A stretch of 64,000 nucleotides of DNA from NCBI GenBank assembly GCA_012295275.1, contig CM022665.1:31806001-31870000 (forward strand), given 5' to 3'. This DNA comes from Chrysomallon squamiferum. Lineage: Eukaryota; Animalia; Mollusca. Made by a program: the position numbers and the translations under genes. Position 1 is the first letter of the stretch; every line of letters starts with the position of its first letter. Of the stretch, positions 28,397 through 43,600 are shown one piece after another. Under the pieces are notes generated by a model, which had not been told where the DNA came from, did no database searches, and saw nothing but the letters and a program-made list of their open reading frames with translations.

Positions 28397-31300
28397 ATAA
28401 TATATCTGAGTGTTAATAAACATTTAGTTAACTGTTAATTCTGTCATAAACCATACAGAAGTCATAATTATTACTTCAACACAGGACTTTCTCCTAATCT
28501 TTTCAAGACTGAAATAAATATTTCAGTGTCAGAATGAACTTCTCAACTTTAAAAGATTTCTATCAGTCAGTTTTACAACCTCAGTGCTTTATTTTAGTAC
28601 ACAAGGCATGATGTTTGATGTTTAATATTACCAACATCAGTAAGAACCAGGTGTCTTTGGGAATTCTTCATCTCCACATTTAGAGAGAGTAATAAGCTGA
28701 TTGTCCTATCTCTAAACTGTTACATGAAATTTAGTCCACCATCATGTAATGCTATTATCTGGGGGCATCTTAAGTTCAGAGAATAAGCTAGATAAAAATA
28801 ATCCACTTAGAGCTTTCTGTCACAGATGAGAGGAGAGATATGAGATCTGTACATTTTGAAACAGCCACATACACAGTGGGCTAGAGGATCAATTCCCAAC
28901 AGTGAATCCCTGTGGGATTTTTAGATATCTAGTACAAGTATGTTAATGCAATGTCAAAAGGTCACCAAATCTGTTTCAGGAAAATTCTATGTACATGTAC
29001 AGACTAGTTTTTATATGTTGTTGAAGAAATGTAATAAACTGCTGTTAATCATTTCCAAAGCTTCTTTTTAACATATGTATTAAATATTTTTTATCCAAAT
29101 TTCCATGCTTTCACTTTATAAAACAACTAAGTACAAATGTGGATTTTTGATAATAATAATAATTACAAATACAATAACAGAAGTATTAGTAATAATAATA
29201 TCTTATCTGCAGGTTGTGTCTTTTATAAAGTAGCTGACTTATTATAAATTTTAGATATTAACTGATATTACAAAGACATCTCAAAGTAAAAAGAAACAAG
29301 GAGATTAAATTTTAAATGAGTTATAAAAGTTATAAAAATAAGTACTGAGACTGGAGTCCCATCATAATATGAGCACACAGACATACAAACACACAGACAA
29401 AGCTATAGATACACTATACAATACAAACACTTCCAACCATCTAGCTCACTGACATCACACAAAAAGCAAAAATATACAAACCAAGTAATTTTCCTTCCAC
29501 TCTGAGAATGAATAATCGTAAAGCAGCTCAAAATCAGCTTTTTCACACATTTTGTTCTGTTACAGTTAAACCAACTGATAAAAAAAAAAAGATCATAAAA
29601 CCCTTAAAAAGCCATGTAAAAATCTTGTAAATATTTCACTTGTCCTCCATTATCAATCCTTTTTCATGTATTCATCTGTTCCGTTTATCAAACACAAAGA
29701 AAAAAACTAGAGATCTTGAACAAGGTTCTATAATAGTAAGGAAATAACTCCTTTGAAATCTGACAGAAGTTTTAAAAAATGAAGCATAAAATACAGTTCC
29801 AAAATGCAGCAGAAAAGGTGTTCAGTTCTGTTCTGTATATAATCTATTCAGATAAAAACCTGTATACAGAAGCCTCAAAATATGATGAGTTGAAAAATAA
29901 TCCCCAAAAATGCAATAAGCTCACTCAGAGATGTATGTCTGACCTATAGTGATATGGAATGAAATTGGTCTGCATATCTGACACACAGATGGCACCCACA
30001 GAGAAGAGCTATACAGGGGAGAACAACTCTGGCAGATGTCTACATTAGAAAATCATATTTATGAACTCAAAGAGAGCTTGGAGTGAAAGATGCATGTTCT
30101 CACCACAGCCAGACATACACATCCACACAATATAATGCCTCAGTTCCTTTTGGTTTATGTCTTGGTATGGATATTGACTCAATGGTGTTGCAAAAACATA
30201 AGCTCATGAAAACAGTTGATCATGTAGAAGAATTCTGTTTAATACAGGCTGTGGAAGAAAGTGAAAAAAAATCTCTGTGAGACCCTTTAACAGAAGGGGG
30301 TTCTGGTTAGAGACTGAATCTCCTGATAGTCTTACACAGATGGCAACAAAGAAGACTGTGATATCAGGCAATGCTGAAAGTGCAATGAGCCGCACAGGTT
30401 TGATTGAGTACTTTGCCCATTATCATTCCCTTCGTTAAGATATTGTGGTGATAACACAAAGCAGTCTGTCATGAGATAGGACTCATCAAGAATAACATTC
30501 ACTCATAACAGATATAAACACATCAACTAAAAATCTCTCACTTCTTTAATCAGTTCTTTTTTTCTTTCACTTTATTTTTTGAAAATATATCGTGAGCTGA
30601 CTGTATAGTGTTAATTTTTCACTTTGCTCATCTCTTCTTTCAACAAAAACTTCAACATTTAGATAATGCTATCCTATGCACCTGGCAAATCAGCTTATCA
30701 TCAAAGATAACTTTTTGACACAACTTTCTTATCTCATAGACTGGAGAGTGTCAGATGGATTTTTGTATGCTTTTTATTTATCTCTCTTCAAGACAATAAG
30801 TACATTTCATTTCCCATCCTCTAAAACACAAGAACTTCGTATAAACCAATCAACACTTTTTGTAATTTTTCTACTTCTTTTGCTGTACTTTTTCCTTTTC
30901 TTCCTTGTTTTTAAATTACAAATACATATTCTTCTCATTCAGTGATCTATGTCATATTTTGAAATTTACAAATAAACACATCAACTTTTATAATTTAAAT
31001 CCTTTTAAGATGCAAATAAACTAAGCTAGAACAAATATCCAATTTTGTTTTACCAGACATAAATCATCAGTGATAATTTCAAAAACATAGTGACTATTAT
31101 GATGTCAATCTCGGATGATTAAAAAAAACAGTAATTGGTTTGTCCACACAACTTGTTGTATAAGGTACTGGTACAAAACACTTTGAAATTAACTGATGCA
31201 AATAGTTGCTGTCCAAACAAAATATTTATGCTTTATCTGAGTCTCTTCAAAACCATCAGAAGTAAACCAAGCAGACTTTATCTTACATCAGATTGTGGAA

Positions 31301-34300
31301 AAACATCAGTTGGAATTCAATTCAACTCATTGAGGTGTCTTTGGTTTTCGTTCATTTTTTTTCTTCTTCTTTATAAGATAGATTGAACATGATTCTGTGG
31401 TTGAAGATTTACTACTGCCAGATACTAATGAAAGTGTGTTGATAGCATTCTTATCAATATAGCTGATTTTGGGGGAGTTTGGTGTGTTTTTTTAAGCAGT
31501 TACACTTACAATAAAAATAAAAAAAAAAACTTTAAAAAAAAGAACTATGTTTTTTTTTCCAAACTGATAAAAAAACCCACAAAGAATAAAAGAAAAAAAC
31601 TCTTACAACTTTGCCTATGATTAAGTGCTTCACAGTTCCATTTATTTTTTTTATTTTTTAAATCACGTTTGGAACCTTTCCAGTTTACTTGGTACTTGTT
31701 GTTTTTCTCTCACCTCAGTTAAATAAATCTATATAATGTAAAGCCAGTAAATCTGTAAATGAAATAAAAATGTTTTCTGTGTTCCTTCATGTGAAGATCA
31801 CTTAGTAAAAATTTTAACAAGAATTAGTCACAGCAGGAACAAATTTGCCACTGAATCAGCAAACTTCATCAATGTGGATTACAGGTACAGATGTAATTTT
31901 GTAAACAACTTCAACAACATTTGCAGCAACACAACATCTGTCAGCCTAAATGTGGATCCCTGTCTTTTTTGTCTTCAGCAAGAAAACCTATCCAGTTTCA
32001 TAACTGGGGCTTTTTCTCTTTTATTGCTCCAAATGTGTTGTTACACCTGCAAACAGCTGTATTTAGTGCAAGTATAAGTCTTATCTTTTGGGGTAAAAAA
32101 AAAGAGACAAGATGCCTGGTCCCTGGCGATTTGCTCTGCCAGGTAATAATGTAGCGAATGTCAAACACATTATTTGAAATCTGTCAAATATCTTCCATGT
32201 GCTGCATTCTCATTGATGTTATCAAAAGGTTACAAGTGTGATTAAATGTATTAGTGATAATTTTTCACAAAAGTGGCTAAACAGCTTCTCTGTGTTAGTC
32301 AAAAATACTGACAATAACTGATAAACATCGTAGTTTACTCTGCAGCTTTAGCTAGACTTATTAAATGATAAATTGTGTCTTTTGATTATTTGAAGAAATG
32401 TATGCAGGTATTTTACATGATTCATTTCTTTTAACTTTCAACTAAAAAAAAGTATGTATAAAGAAAATGTTTTCTTTGTTTTCTTTTTCTTTCACTTCTT
32501 TCTGGGGGTTTTCAAAATTTTACTCAAGAGGACTTAAAGTTTTACGTGAAGATTTGTCATATGATCCTCTCTGTCAATACTTTAAGTCAAGCCTTGTTGA
32601 ACAAACAGCAGTCATGTGAAAATGTTTTGAAATTAAATCCCATTTCTTCACAGTTTCTGTGTTTCTCTCAATATTCCTAGAGATCTCACAAGGATAAGAA
32701 AATATCTGTCTTTAACCAGACACACTTCACTTTAACATGACAGATAAGCAGAAAAGTTTATGCATTTAAATTCAAAATGTTCCTCTTCTTTATTGCAAAT
32801 GACTGTTCATAAAAAATAATAATAATCTGATTAAAAGTTTTTATGACTGCTTGTTTACAAGTTTATTTTGTGGTTAAGCACTTGAATGATAACATCAACA
32901 ATATCACAAGTGTTTTGACCACATGCTTTTCAGAGTTCATACACTTAGTATCATCTATTGATCAGATTTTAACACAAACATTAACAGCTTACCCTTCCTC
33001 TTACATTTACAATACCAACAACTCTTTCAAGCACAGAAGATTATGGATTTTTATAAGCTTAATCAATTAGAAAAGGTCCTGAAGCTGAATTCTTGACACT
33101 TTGGCCACTTCCAGATATTCCAAACCATCAAGGATCAAAATGCCAAACCAATGTCTTCCAGCAATGCAATACTAGAACACAATCCTATCAATCCCACTCA
33201 AAGGTTAGCATGGGTCTTTCTGTCAGATATTACTGGGAGGCACTGTATTCCATATGAAGAACACATGTCATAAACTTTGTGTAAAATATTTTTTTTTTTT
33301 AAATGATTAAATAAAATATTTTTTATTCTGTTTGCTGAAATCCTGCTATCACAAATATTTAAAGATCAGTGTCAACAACTTGTACATTAAAACTGTCAAC
33401 CAGAAAAGCCTGGAGCAAGCACATACACACATTTCATGATTTATTAGAGTTATGATCAAGGACATCTGTCACACAACATTCTGAATAGAAAAAATATATA
33501 TTTTATCAAATATAATTAGTTTATGGTCAGTCACATCTGGATAATATTGTGAACCATAATCATCTTGTTTTTGTATAAAATTAAAGTCGAATTTGAAAAC
33601 AGCATAATAAAATAATACATAATACATATAATAATAATAATAATAATAAATAAATAAATAAAATATTATCACAACACATGTCAAAACAAATGGTCACTTA
33701 TGCCTCAGAAAAATACTCGTACAAGTGTAGAAAGAATTTTTTTTAAATAAACAGACTGATGAAGGGATAAAGGAAGACTATGATTGGTATGAAGAGTCAT
33801 TAGATAAAGGATGAATGAAGAAAAATCTTATTAATAGAGATAGTAAGGACATAATTAATACCATTTCCCCTCAACTGATATTAAATCTTGTAACACACGA
33901 TTACTCTGTATAGAATCACATAACACATGCCCAGCAATCAATACACACAAAAATTGACAACAGAATAACCAAGAGTATGAAACAATCATATCAGCTTAAT
34001 GCATATTCATGTCCATCCAAACGTAGCTGAATGCCCAAACACAGTGATTGTTTTTCAGTGTGTTCTGTCATCTGTGGCAAACTAGTAATTGTTGCCTATC
34101 ATTTCATATTCAATGTTGGATCATGGTAGGCTTTTGTTGAACCGTCATTATGGGTGACTGTGGGATTTTCCTTGGATGAAAATATCAGTATAAGATCAAT
34201 GAGCCTGTGTGTATACAAGATAAACATGATCAAGTGTGGTTTAATTTAGCTATCATTCTAATATTTTCAATTTTGGATTCTTAAAGAGGTAAAAATGCAA

Positions 34301-35791
34301 CAATATTGGGGAAAAAAAAGAAAAAAGAATACAATAAAATAAATATATTAATATTGGTACATAAAAAACCCAAAGAAATTGGAAGAAAGAAAAAAGAAAC
34401 CACAAAAAGTCTATGCTCCAGTCCAAATCTTGGTATTTTTAAATTTCATTTTTATAATATTTGAAAACAACTATTTTTGATACAATAAAGTAACAGATAA
34501 AGCTGCTCACAACTTTTTTAACATCAAAAAAAATATATTTTTACAAATGAAAAGAAAAAACTGAAGAAAAAAAACATTAGAAATTACAGTCAATTCCTCA
34601 ACTGTGTTACAGAAAAACTAATGTATTTCTTTACTGCTGTAAGTTCCTCCACTAATATAAAAGCACCTGCCAAGTGTGGAATCTCAAAGCCAACACAACC
34701 TGCAAATGATCCTTTCCACAGAAATAATCTGTAACATGTCTCTCTGACAAAAACCTCTCTCTCTTTCTCTCTCTTTTTTTTGACCCTTCAAATATTTTCT
34801 AATTCTCAAGTGTTGTTTAGAAAACAAAAAGGCAAGTGTTTGAAACCTCCATGCATGTTAAAACTCAAAGCATTTTACCTACCACAGAATCTGTTCAACT
34901 AGACATCCTTCAAGTTTAAAATTCTTATCCGATTTGGTCCAAACACAAAAGTGACATCTTTTACAAGACCCTTCTACAAATTATTTATCATTTCAACAAA
35001 TGTTTTCTGTCTGGATCTTAACTAGAAGAAAGTTAAATTGCTGAAAGAACTGCCGTGAATAAATAAAACAAATGGGTGTGTTATATTTATTTCAGCAAGC
35101 AAGCATCATTTTGATTAATCATTATGTTTGTGTTATACAACATAAAACAGTGATTCTTGGCAAAATTCTCACACAAATGGTAACACAAGGAGGTGTGGGA
35201 TGTGTTTTTGCATCAATTGTTTCACACAATGAAAGCTGTGTGACTTCTGTGGTTTTTATATGACTTAATGAATAAAATATTTCAGTAAGAATATTTACAA
35301 TCCTGATTTAATTATTTCACAGTCAAGTGGCGCATACCAAAAGTAATGTGAGTATCCTTATTGATTATGTTAATAGGAAACATTCAAATGTATGTCCATG
35401 CTCCAGGTCTGCCCATAAAAGCTAAACAATATCCAACTGATTCATGAAATTCTTGAATGTGAGAAAAGAAAAAAACAAACAAAAAAAAACACCAATAAAT
35501 ATAGAAAGCATGAATTAAATAGAACGGTATGTAACATAGTTGAAAAAGGATCCCTTTATTTAAAACACATTATAAATTATTAATAATAATAATTTAATTA
35601 ATTAATCCTTAACAAAACCTAACAATTTTAATATATTTAAGTACCAAACATAGAAGGTAATCAAAGATTGCAATCTCTGTACTAGTTTACTGATCTGCAG
35701 CAAAGAATCTTTTATTAGCACTTTTCCATAGTCAGGAAAAGAAGCAGAAGCAGCAGAAGCAGTAGTAGCAGTAGTAGTAGTACTAGTAGTA

Positions 35792-35845
<54 letters not shown>

Positions 35846-36157
35846 GTAATAATGAATAATATAAAAATATTTTGCAAGACATTCTTATAATGTATATTAT
35901 ATAATAATCTGTATTCCAAGACAGCACATACCATAGCTTTTGATCTAATCTCATAGAAAAGTGGATGTAACCAAAACAAAAATTGATTCAAGTATGATTA
36001 AAAAGGAAAGGATAGATGTACTTTAATAGTTTTGTTTTTTCTTCTTCTGCTTTTTGTGTGTTATTTTTTGTTAAGATAATTAGTTATAGAAGTCCCAAAG
36101 GTTGAACAAATTCTTGGACAATCATTTTGATATCAGTCTTCTGATGTTAAACATAGA

Positions 36158-36190
<33 letters not shown>

Positions 36191-36519
36191 AATTAAGATA
36201 TTACATGATAAATATGCCCAAAATATGAACAAAATAGTCTCTGTTATTAAACCAAACACCACTGCTGGAAAAGGGATTTGTCACTCAAGTGTTTTAAAAC
36301 AAATGTCAGGCAGTGTATGTGCATTTCTGTTGCACTAGTTTCAATAAATAATGGTTTTAAAACAAATTTACTTCTCTGTTTCAAAAATTCCACTTTCAAA
36401 TACTTTAAGACTATACACATAGACACACACACAAAATTGTTTCATTATCATTTTTTCTCCCTCTCTCTCCAATTATCTCTCACATACTCTCTTATTCCTT
36501 AAGTTTCTGTTGCCTCAGA

Positions 36520-36553
<34 letters not shown>

Positions 36554-39500
36554 TGTACACACACACATATATATATTAAAAACAACAATGAAAATAAAAA
36601 TTACTGGTGAGGAATATTTCATAACAGAATCTACAAAGGACAATAAAATACTCACAGAAAAGACAAAACATCAGAACTCAATTCCCAAATCACAACAACA
36701 AAAAGTAACTCAAGAGTTACACAAACACAGATTAACAATATTCTCAGTTCCTATGCACCGAGATGAAATAACTGGCCATAATCCATGAGAATGGCAATGA
36801 AAATTACCATGAGGATGGCCTGAGATCGATACTGTGCATGGATATTGATAACCTCAAGTGTTAGACTACTCTGACAAAATCCCATTGGAAATATTTATCA
36901 CTGCAATTTTGAAATGAAAAGCTCACACCCACATACTGAATACATGCATGTTGTGTAAGTATATTAAATGGCAAATGCTTATCTCTTCATGCATTCAGAA
37001 TCAAATGCTATTTACAACAGTTACTGATGTGGAAAGCTACTTAACTTTTGGAAGTTATTTTCATTTTTTTTTACAGAAAAAAAAAAAGAAAAAAGAAGAA
37101 GAAATGTTGGCAGCTTTTCCTGTCAAAACAAAATATTTTTCCTAAATAATAATGCACTTAAAGATTTCTGTCTCATTAGCATCACAAGTTCTTTCAGTTG
37201 AAAAGATGTGGAATTTCTTTTTATACTGTTTAAATTGTTAGTTGGTAAAGGCAATCAGTCACTAACATATTCTCAAACAAAATTCTGGACTATGCATGAG
37301 CAGATAGTGGTTCTTTCTACAGTAAATAATGGTTTTAAGAAATTCATCATTTGACTTACTTTTTTCATTAGTGCAGCTAATACCTTTTTTTTTTTTTTTT
37401 AAATCAATGTTTAAATTTTTATCTTATAATTTAATCTAATCTGAATTTATTCTTCATATAACTGAAGCGAGATCCATTATGATTATTTCTATTTTCAACC
37501 ATTAGCCTTAAAACAGAAACAGTGCAAATGAAACTAATCATTATCTAAATTCTAAAACTAACAAGATATCTCTTTCAAAAGATATAAACTTTTCCAGTTA
37601 TGTTCATGGCATATCTTGATTATATATAAATGGAAATCAAAGTGCATTTAACTTTCAGCAGACAAACAATAAAGTTTAAAGTATTTTAAAATGGCTGTAA
37701 AAAAAACAACTCAATGCAGAATGTTACAGGCATTTATGGACAATACAAACTTAATGAGGCTTAATTACACTGCAGGCCACCACCTGCTGCATTCTGTAAG
37801 AACAGTGTTTTTAAAAACACCTGCAAAACACACTGCACTCCAACAAACCTGGAACAAAAAATTGTTAGTCCTATCAAAGAATATAAAGCAGAAATCAAAG
37901 TCTATGGTAACGACAAACCCCCATAAATCAAGTGCATAAAAAGTGATGCAGTTTCACAACATTGGCAATAAAAAAATAAAAATAAATAAATACATGTGGA
38001 GTCAATAATAAGAAAAATCTCACAATATGTGAACACATGTTTGTGATAGAGTTTCAACTGCTTTAACCTTTACTTAAGACAACCTTGATTTTCCATTGGC
38101 AGAACTCAAACTGTTTTTATGTATGGGAAGAAAACATGAAGCTTAAACCTTGTAGTAAAAGAAAGTTTATTAAATAAAAAGAAAAACACATCAGAAGCAG
38201 ATTTTTTTAATTAAAAGAGTAATTAATGGATTTGTTGGCATTATTGTTACAGTTTTTTTGTTCTTGTGTTTTCTTCATCTGTTTGTGCCTGAATGTATGT
38301 GGATGCATCTGTATCTTTTTGAATGCATACAATATTTTTATGTATGTATGCATGTAATTAAAATGGCCCAATTATGGATAGTACAAATGTACATACAAAT
38401 TTATTAAAAACTTTTATAATTAGTAACAGCTGTTCTGTAATGGATTGCAGATTCTACTGAATCACAGGTGTCAATCATTGAGCTATCAAACACATTACTG
38501 ACACATATCAACAGCTGATAATTAAGAATATACACTGGCTATTTGTAAAAAAGTTTAAAATTTACATGTTTCTAAAAATGTTTACATATCCTCAAAAAGT
38601 AAATTGAAAGATCCTGATTAGCAATCAAGCCAGTATTTGTTCCTTTTTATTTTATATAAATTTTAAAAATTAGCAATGAAGGAAGTGTAAAGTTAATTTT
38701 CTTGTTGTGGTTATTCTGATGTGTGTGTATAGGATACCAACAATCAACATGATCAATCATTATCATCATAATCATCAACATCATCATCATTATTATTATT
38801 ATTACCACCATCATCATTATCATTACTGTTATTATTACAGTTCTTTAAATATGAAAATACACTTTTCTATTCTTTAAAAATGTTGTGATATAATTTACAG
38901 TCATGTAACACTTCTGACAGAAATGTTACTGCACATACACACAGTACATTTTCCTAACCAGACTACATTTATTTAAACTGTCCAAACAACTGTAAAAGAT
39001 ACCAAACCAAACCTTGAAGGTGTCTACCATAAATTAATTCTGCTCTGGTGCACAAAAAGATCTGACACTGACAAGATGACAAGAGGCTATCACCTACTGA
39101 CCACACATACCTTACCATCACATACTTTTAACAAAAACCTGTACATGAAGCATTTGCAAGACAAAACAACTGATGCTTCAGTTGCATTCTGACCATTTTC
39201 ACAGGTAAAACAGTACACATACTGGCAATATACACGATTCTGCCATGCAATCACTTAGAATCATAAATGCCATTGGAAATCCCAATAAAGATTAACTTTG
39301 TAAAAGATTCTTTTTACCATGTGGTAGAGATGGCCAGTAAGTACAGCCATATATTTTATGTGTGCAGATAACAAATCTGGTGACTGTAGGTTTTAGATCA
39401 GATTTCTTGTGCTGAGTTTAACACGACTTGAGGATCAACACTCCTCAGTGGTAAACCAAGCTATTTTCTTGATGTAGCTGGTGTTCCATTATTTTATCAA

Positions 39501-40640
39501 ACAATACGATTTTACTTCTTTTATTTTAAATCATAGTTAGAAGCTTACATAAATATTTCACATTCTTTAAAATTGATGATTTTTTTAAAAACTGAGAAAC
39601 TGAATATAAAGAAAAATGTTAAATAAGCAAGTATTAAAAATAACTTTTGAAAGACAAAGAACATTTTTACCTCTTTTTTTTTTATCAGTTTCTGCTAATT
39701 ATAGTTTATCTAAAAGATTTTGTCATTTCATCAGCCATGTCCACTTAAAAAAGTTTTCAAATTTAAAAAAACATATGATAAATATTAAGTAAGAGTTCAC
39801 CTTTTGACATTCTTTTTTTCAATCTCACTAGACCAACTTTTTGTATATTTTCATTATAAAAAAAGGTCAGTAAACTCCAGAAATGTCTCTGAAAGAGAGA
39901 TATACCTCTGAAATGTTTATGTAATGAATAAAATAAAGATAAATCTCTAAGATATTTCTGTAATGAATAATAAGATGATAAACCTTTGGGATGATTCTGA
40001 AATGATTACAAGGATGATAAACCATCTTTGGAATGTTTCTGTAATGTCCAAAAGGTAGATAAACCTTTAGTATGTTTCTCAAATGAACAGAAATAAGATA
40101 AAATAAAGGTGCACATCCTTTAAGAATGCCAGTTGATGAAAGATACCTTCATGAAATGTGAGTTGTTTTTTTCCTGGTGCTGATACTAGCTATATTTATC
40201 TCTAGATATTCCAGTTTTTAACTGCTTGTCATGTTCATTTAAGAAAACAGTATTTCAAAAATTCTTCAAAGCCTCTTTGCAATCACATTCATCACATATC
40301 ATAAACTGGGGATGATGTTTCGTGAAAGTGCTGACATTGTCTAACTCTTCGGCCAACCAATTTGTTGAAAAATTACAAAACACATGTCTAAGTGGTTAAT
40401 ACTTATAAAGGTTATTTTTACTTAAATCCCTTTAAATTATTTGATTTGGGTTTATATAAAAGTGTTTTTGCTCAGCAATTGTAACTAGAAGGCTGTTATA
40501 AAGCAATAATAACTGGGGCAGATCTATAGGGGTCTTTCTTTATCATGTATTTATCTTTGTCTTGTCTATCTTGTTTCTCTGTGAGTCTCAATTTCTCATT
40601 TCTCTCTTTCTATCATATTCTTATTTATGTTCTTAAAACA

Positions 40641-40674
<34 letters not shown>

Positions 40675-43600
40675 TCTTAATATATTTATTTACTTTAATA
40701 AAAAAATACATATCATCTGCTTATGAGCACTTAATAATTTCGTTTTAATATCTTTTTAAACATTATTTTATATTACATTTACACCATCAGTTACACTAAC
40801 TAGATACTTCACCTATATCACACAGCATGATGTCCACACTAGCAATGAGCAAAGATATTTGTTTTTGCTGTCCAGAATCTACATAATAAATAGGCTGGAC
40901 ACAAGGGATGTTTTGATGATTAAGTGTGTCTGGTCAATCTAAGTAATCCCCAGAAGCATTCCATTATTATTAATACAAAGATTAAATCTTTGGTCACTCA
41001 GTTTAACTGGGCAGCATTACAGATTAAGTTAGCTTCCTGACTAACCAGTGTCAGTATAAATCATACTGGACACATTTAGTGAGACAGAGAGACAGACTTT
41101 TTATATTTATTTTGTTATTAAATATGAGATATTTATTTTATGAGTTAATAATATAGACACATATGAAGATTTGGCTGGGCTAGATTTAATAGTGCTTGGC
41201 TTTCTTTTCATTTTTATCTTATTTTGAAAAAAAAAATTCTTTTCTGTTATTTTTAAGATATTTCTTTATATTTATAATGTATTTTCATGGAAAGCAATCT
41301 TTTTCTTTCTGTTATTTTATAATTTATAATTTTTTTTATTTTATTTTTTTTAAATTTGAATTTTATAAATTATTTTTAAATTTCAGCCACTGTAATTAAG
41401 TTGATTAAAAAGGTCAGCTTAATATTACTTATTTTTTTTCTTCAACAGACTGTAAATTTAATATAATAAGCTTAACACACATATGCTATGGAGCAAGGCA
41501 TAACTTCATTATAAAACGTCTGCTTAAGATGCAGAGGGTTGTTTGATCAATCCTTCTTGGCAGACTCGTCAATATATTTTTCATTCTAGTCAAAAAAACT
41601 GGTACAACAAAAAGTGTGATATGTACCATCTTGCCTGTTGTATGTTACATATAAAAGATCTCTTGCTGCTAACTGAAAAAAAGTAGCCCATGAAATGGTG
41701 GCAGTGAGTTTTCTGTCTCATTATTGTGGTTGTCTATATTAAATCCTTCACTACCATGTAACCATAAATGAAATGCATGTCATTAAATAAAATAGTTCCT
41801 TCCTTCTTAGACACACATATACACAACATATTTTTAAAATAACCAGACTTCTGTCAAGCTGTCTATCAGATAACCCATCCAAGAGGAAAGGTGCCAAAAT
41901 GTTTTTTCCTCAGTCAGGTGAAATTTCTGATGACATCTATTCACACCTGTCTCAAACTCTCATTTTGTAAGTAACAAAAGACATTAAATCATGGAAAAGA
42001 GATTATAAGAAATGTAACACCATGGAAAATGAAAAACAATTATTCTAGATCTCTGTCAAACAAAGAAGGTATGGTAATTATGCACTGAAGGTACATGATG
42101 ATATTTAAAAAAAGGTATGATAAAGAAACAGTTATTAAATATTATTTTTTTAGTTACTAAGGATGAAAGATGGCCAAAAAGTTTCAGTTTTGTTATAGGT
42201 ATTCCAGTTTTTCAATATCAGTTGAAGGTGAAGGAGAATATGATAATTTGACGACCAAAAACAAACAACAATATGTATGCCTTTAAAATGCAGTTGATTT
42301 GAAACAGGAATATAATTTTTGCCTCTCACAGAGAATAATACTATTAGAACATTATTCTGTATCTCTTAAGAATTCAAAGATATTTGATATTTGCATTTTA
42401 TAAAAATGATCAATATTAACACAAATTAATATGATAATTAAAGATAAAAAAAATTAATTAAAAATTAAGAATACATATCAGTTCTGTTTCAAGAACTGAC
42501 AAGCAAGACAAATAAAATTTCTTTAATCACATTAATAAAAGTGAATATATATAAAGTAAAAATAATTAAATTACTGTAAGTTAACAAAAGTTGTTTTTAT
42601 TCTTCATCTTAAAAAAAGATGTCAAAAATTATAACTTATCATGTATTATTTTTGTTCTCTTTCTGTAAAATTGCCAAATGTACAAATTTAGTTGCTGAGG
42701 AAAAAGTAATAGAGTATAAAATTACACAATCAGAAGAAAAATATGATTATATTTGTTAATTTTTTTTTATCAAATACAAATTAAACAAACAGAGAATGTT
42801 TTTCATTCTGGGAATGACTAATATTACAACTGAGATTATATAATAACATAAAAATTACACCAAAATATCTTTGGCTTCCATTTTTTGTTTTCATTTAATG
42901 TATGACAAAAAGAAAAATCTCATCTGTTCCAGTTGAGTGATGCATGTCAATGTTAGCTGGCCTCCTGCTGTCTGAACCCATCACATCCCTCCTCATAATG
43001 AACTTACAAGACTTCAGCTAACACTGGGGTGAGTAAGTTTTAAGATGAACCATTTTTTTTGTTGAAAAAACATGTTTACCAAGGCCCACCATGGGTGAAC
43101 ATGCATACATGACAGAGAACCTGTGCCGGCTCATCAAGCCTTTGTCAGCAAAACTCAGATAAGTCTTGTAAACTCTTATACATTAGATAAGTCTTAAAAA
43201 TTCTTATACACTGGAGAAGCCGTAAAAACTTCTACATTGGAGAAGTCTTAAAAATTCTTATACATTGAAGAATTAAAAACTCATATAAATTAGAGAAGTC
43301 TTAAAAACCTCTACACTGGAGAAGTCTCAAAAGCCTCTATACCATAGAAATCTGACAATTTCTTATATATTAGAGAAATCTTAAAAACTTAATTATGTTA
43401 AAGAAGTCCTAAAAAGTCTTCTACATTGGAGAAGTCTTAAATAGTTTTGAACCATATTGGAGAAGTCTTAAATAGTTTTGAACCATATTGGAGAAGTCTT
43501 AAATAGTTTTGAACTATATTGGAGAAGTCTTAAATAGTTTTGAACCATATTGGAGAAGTCTTAAATAGTTTTGAACCATATTGGAGAATCTTAAAAATTG

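Noticed and set aside
35602-35991. Poly-I and poly-L ORFs here, and similar ORFs at 1342, 7929, 8124, 27900 and 48245
   Set aside because: Translations of microsatellites or antisense shadows of real exons.
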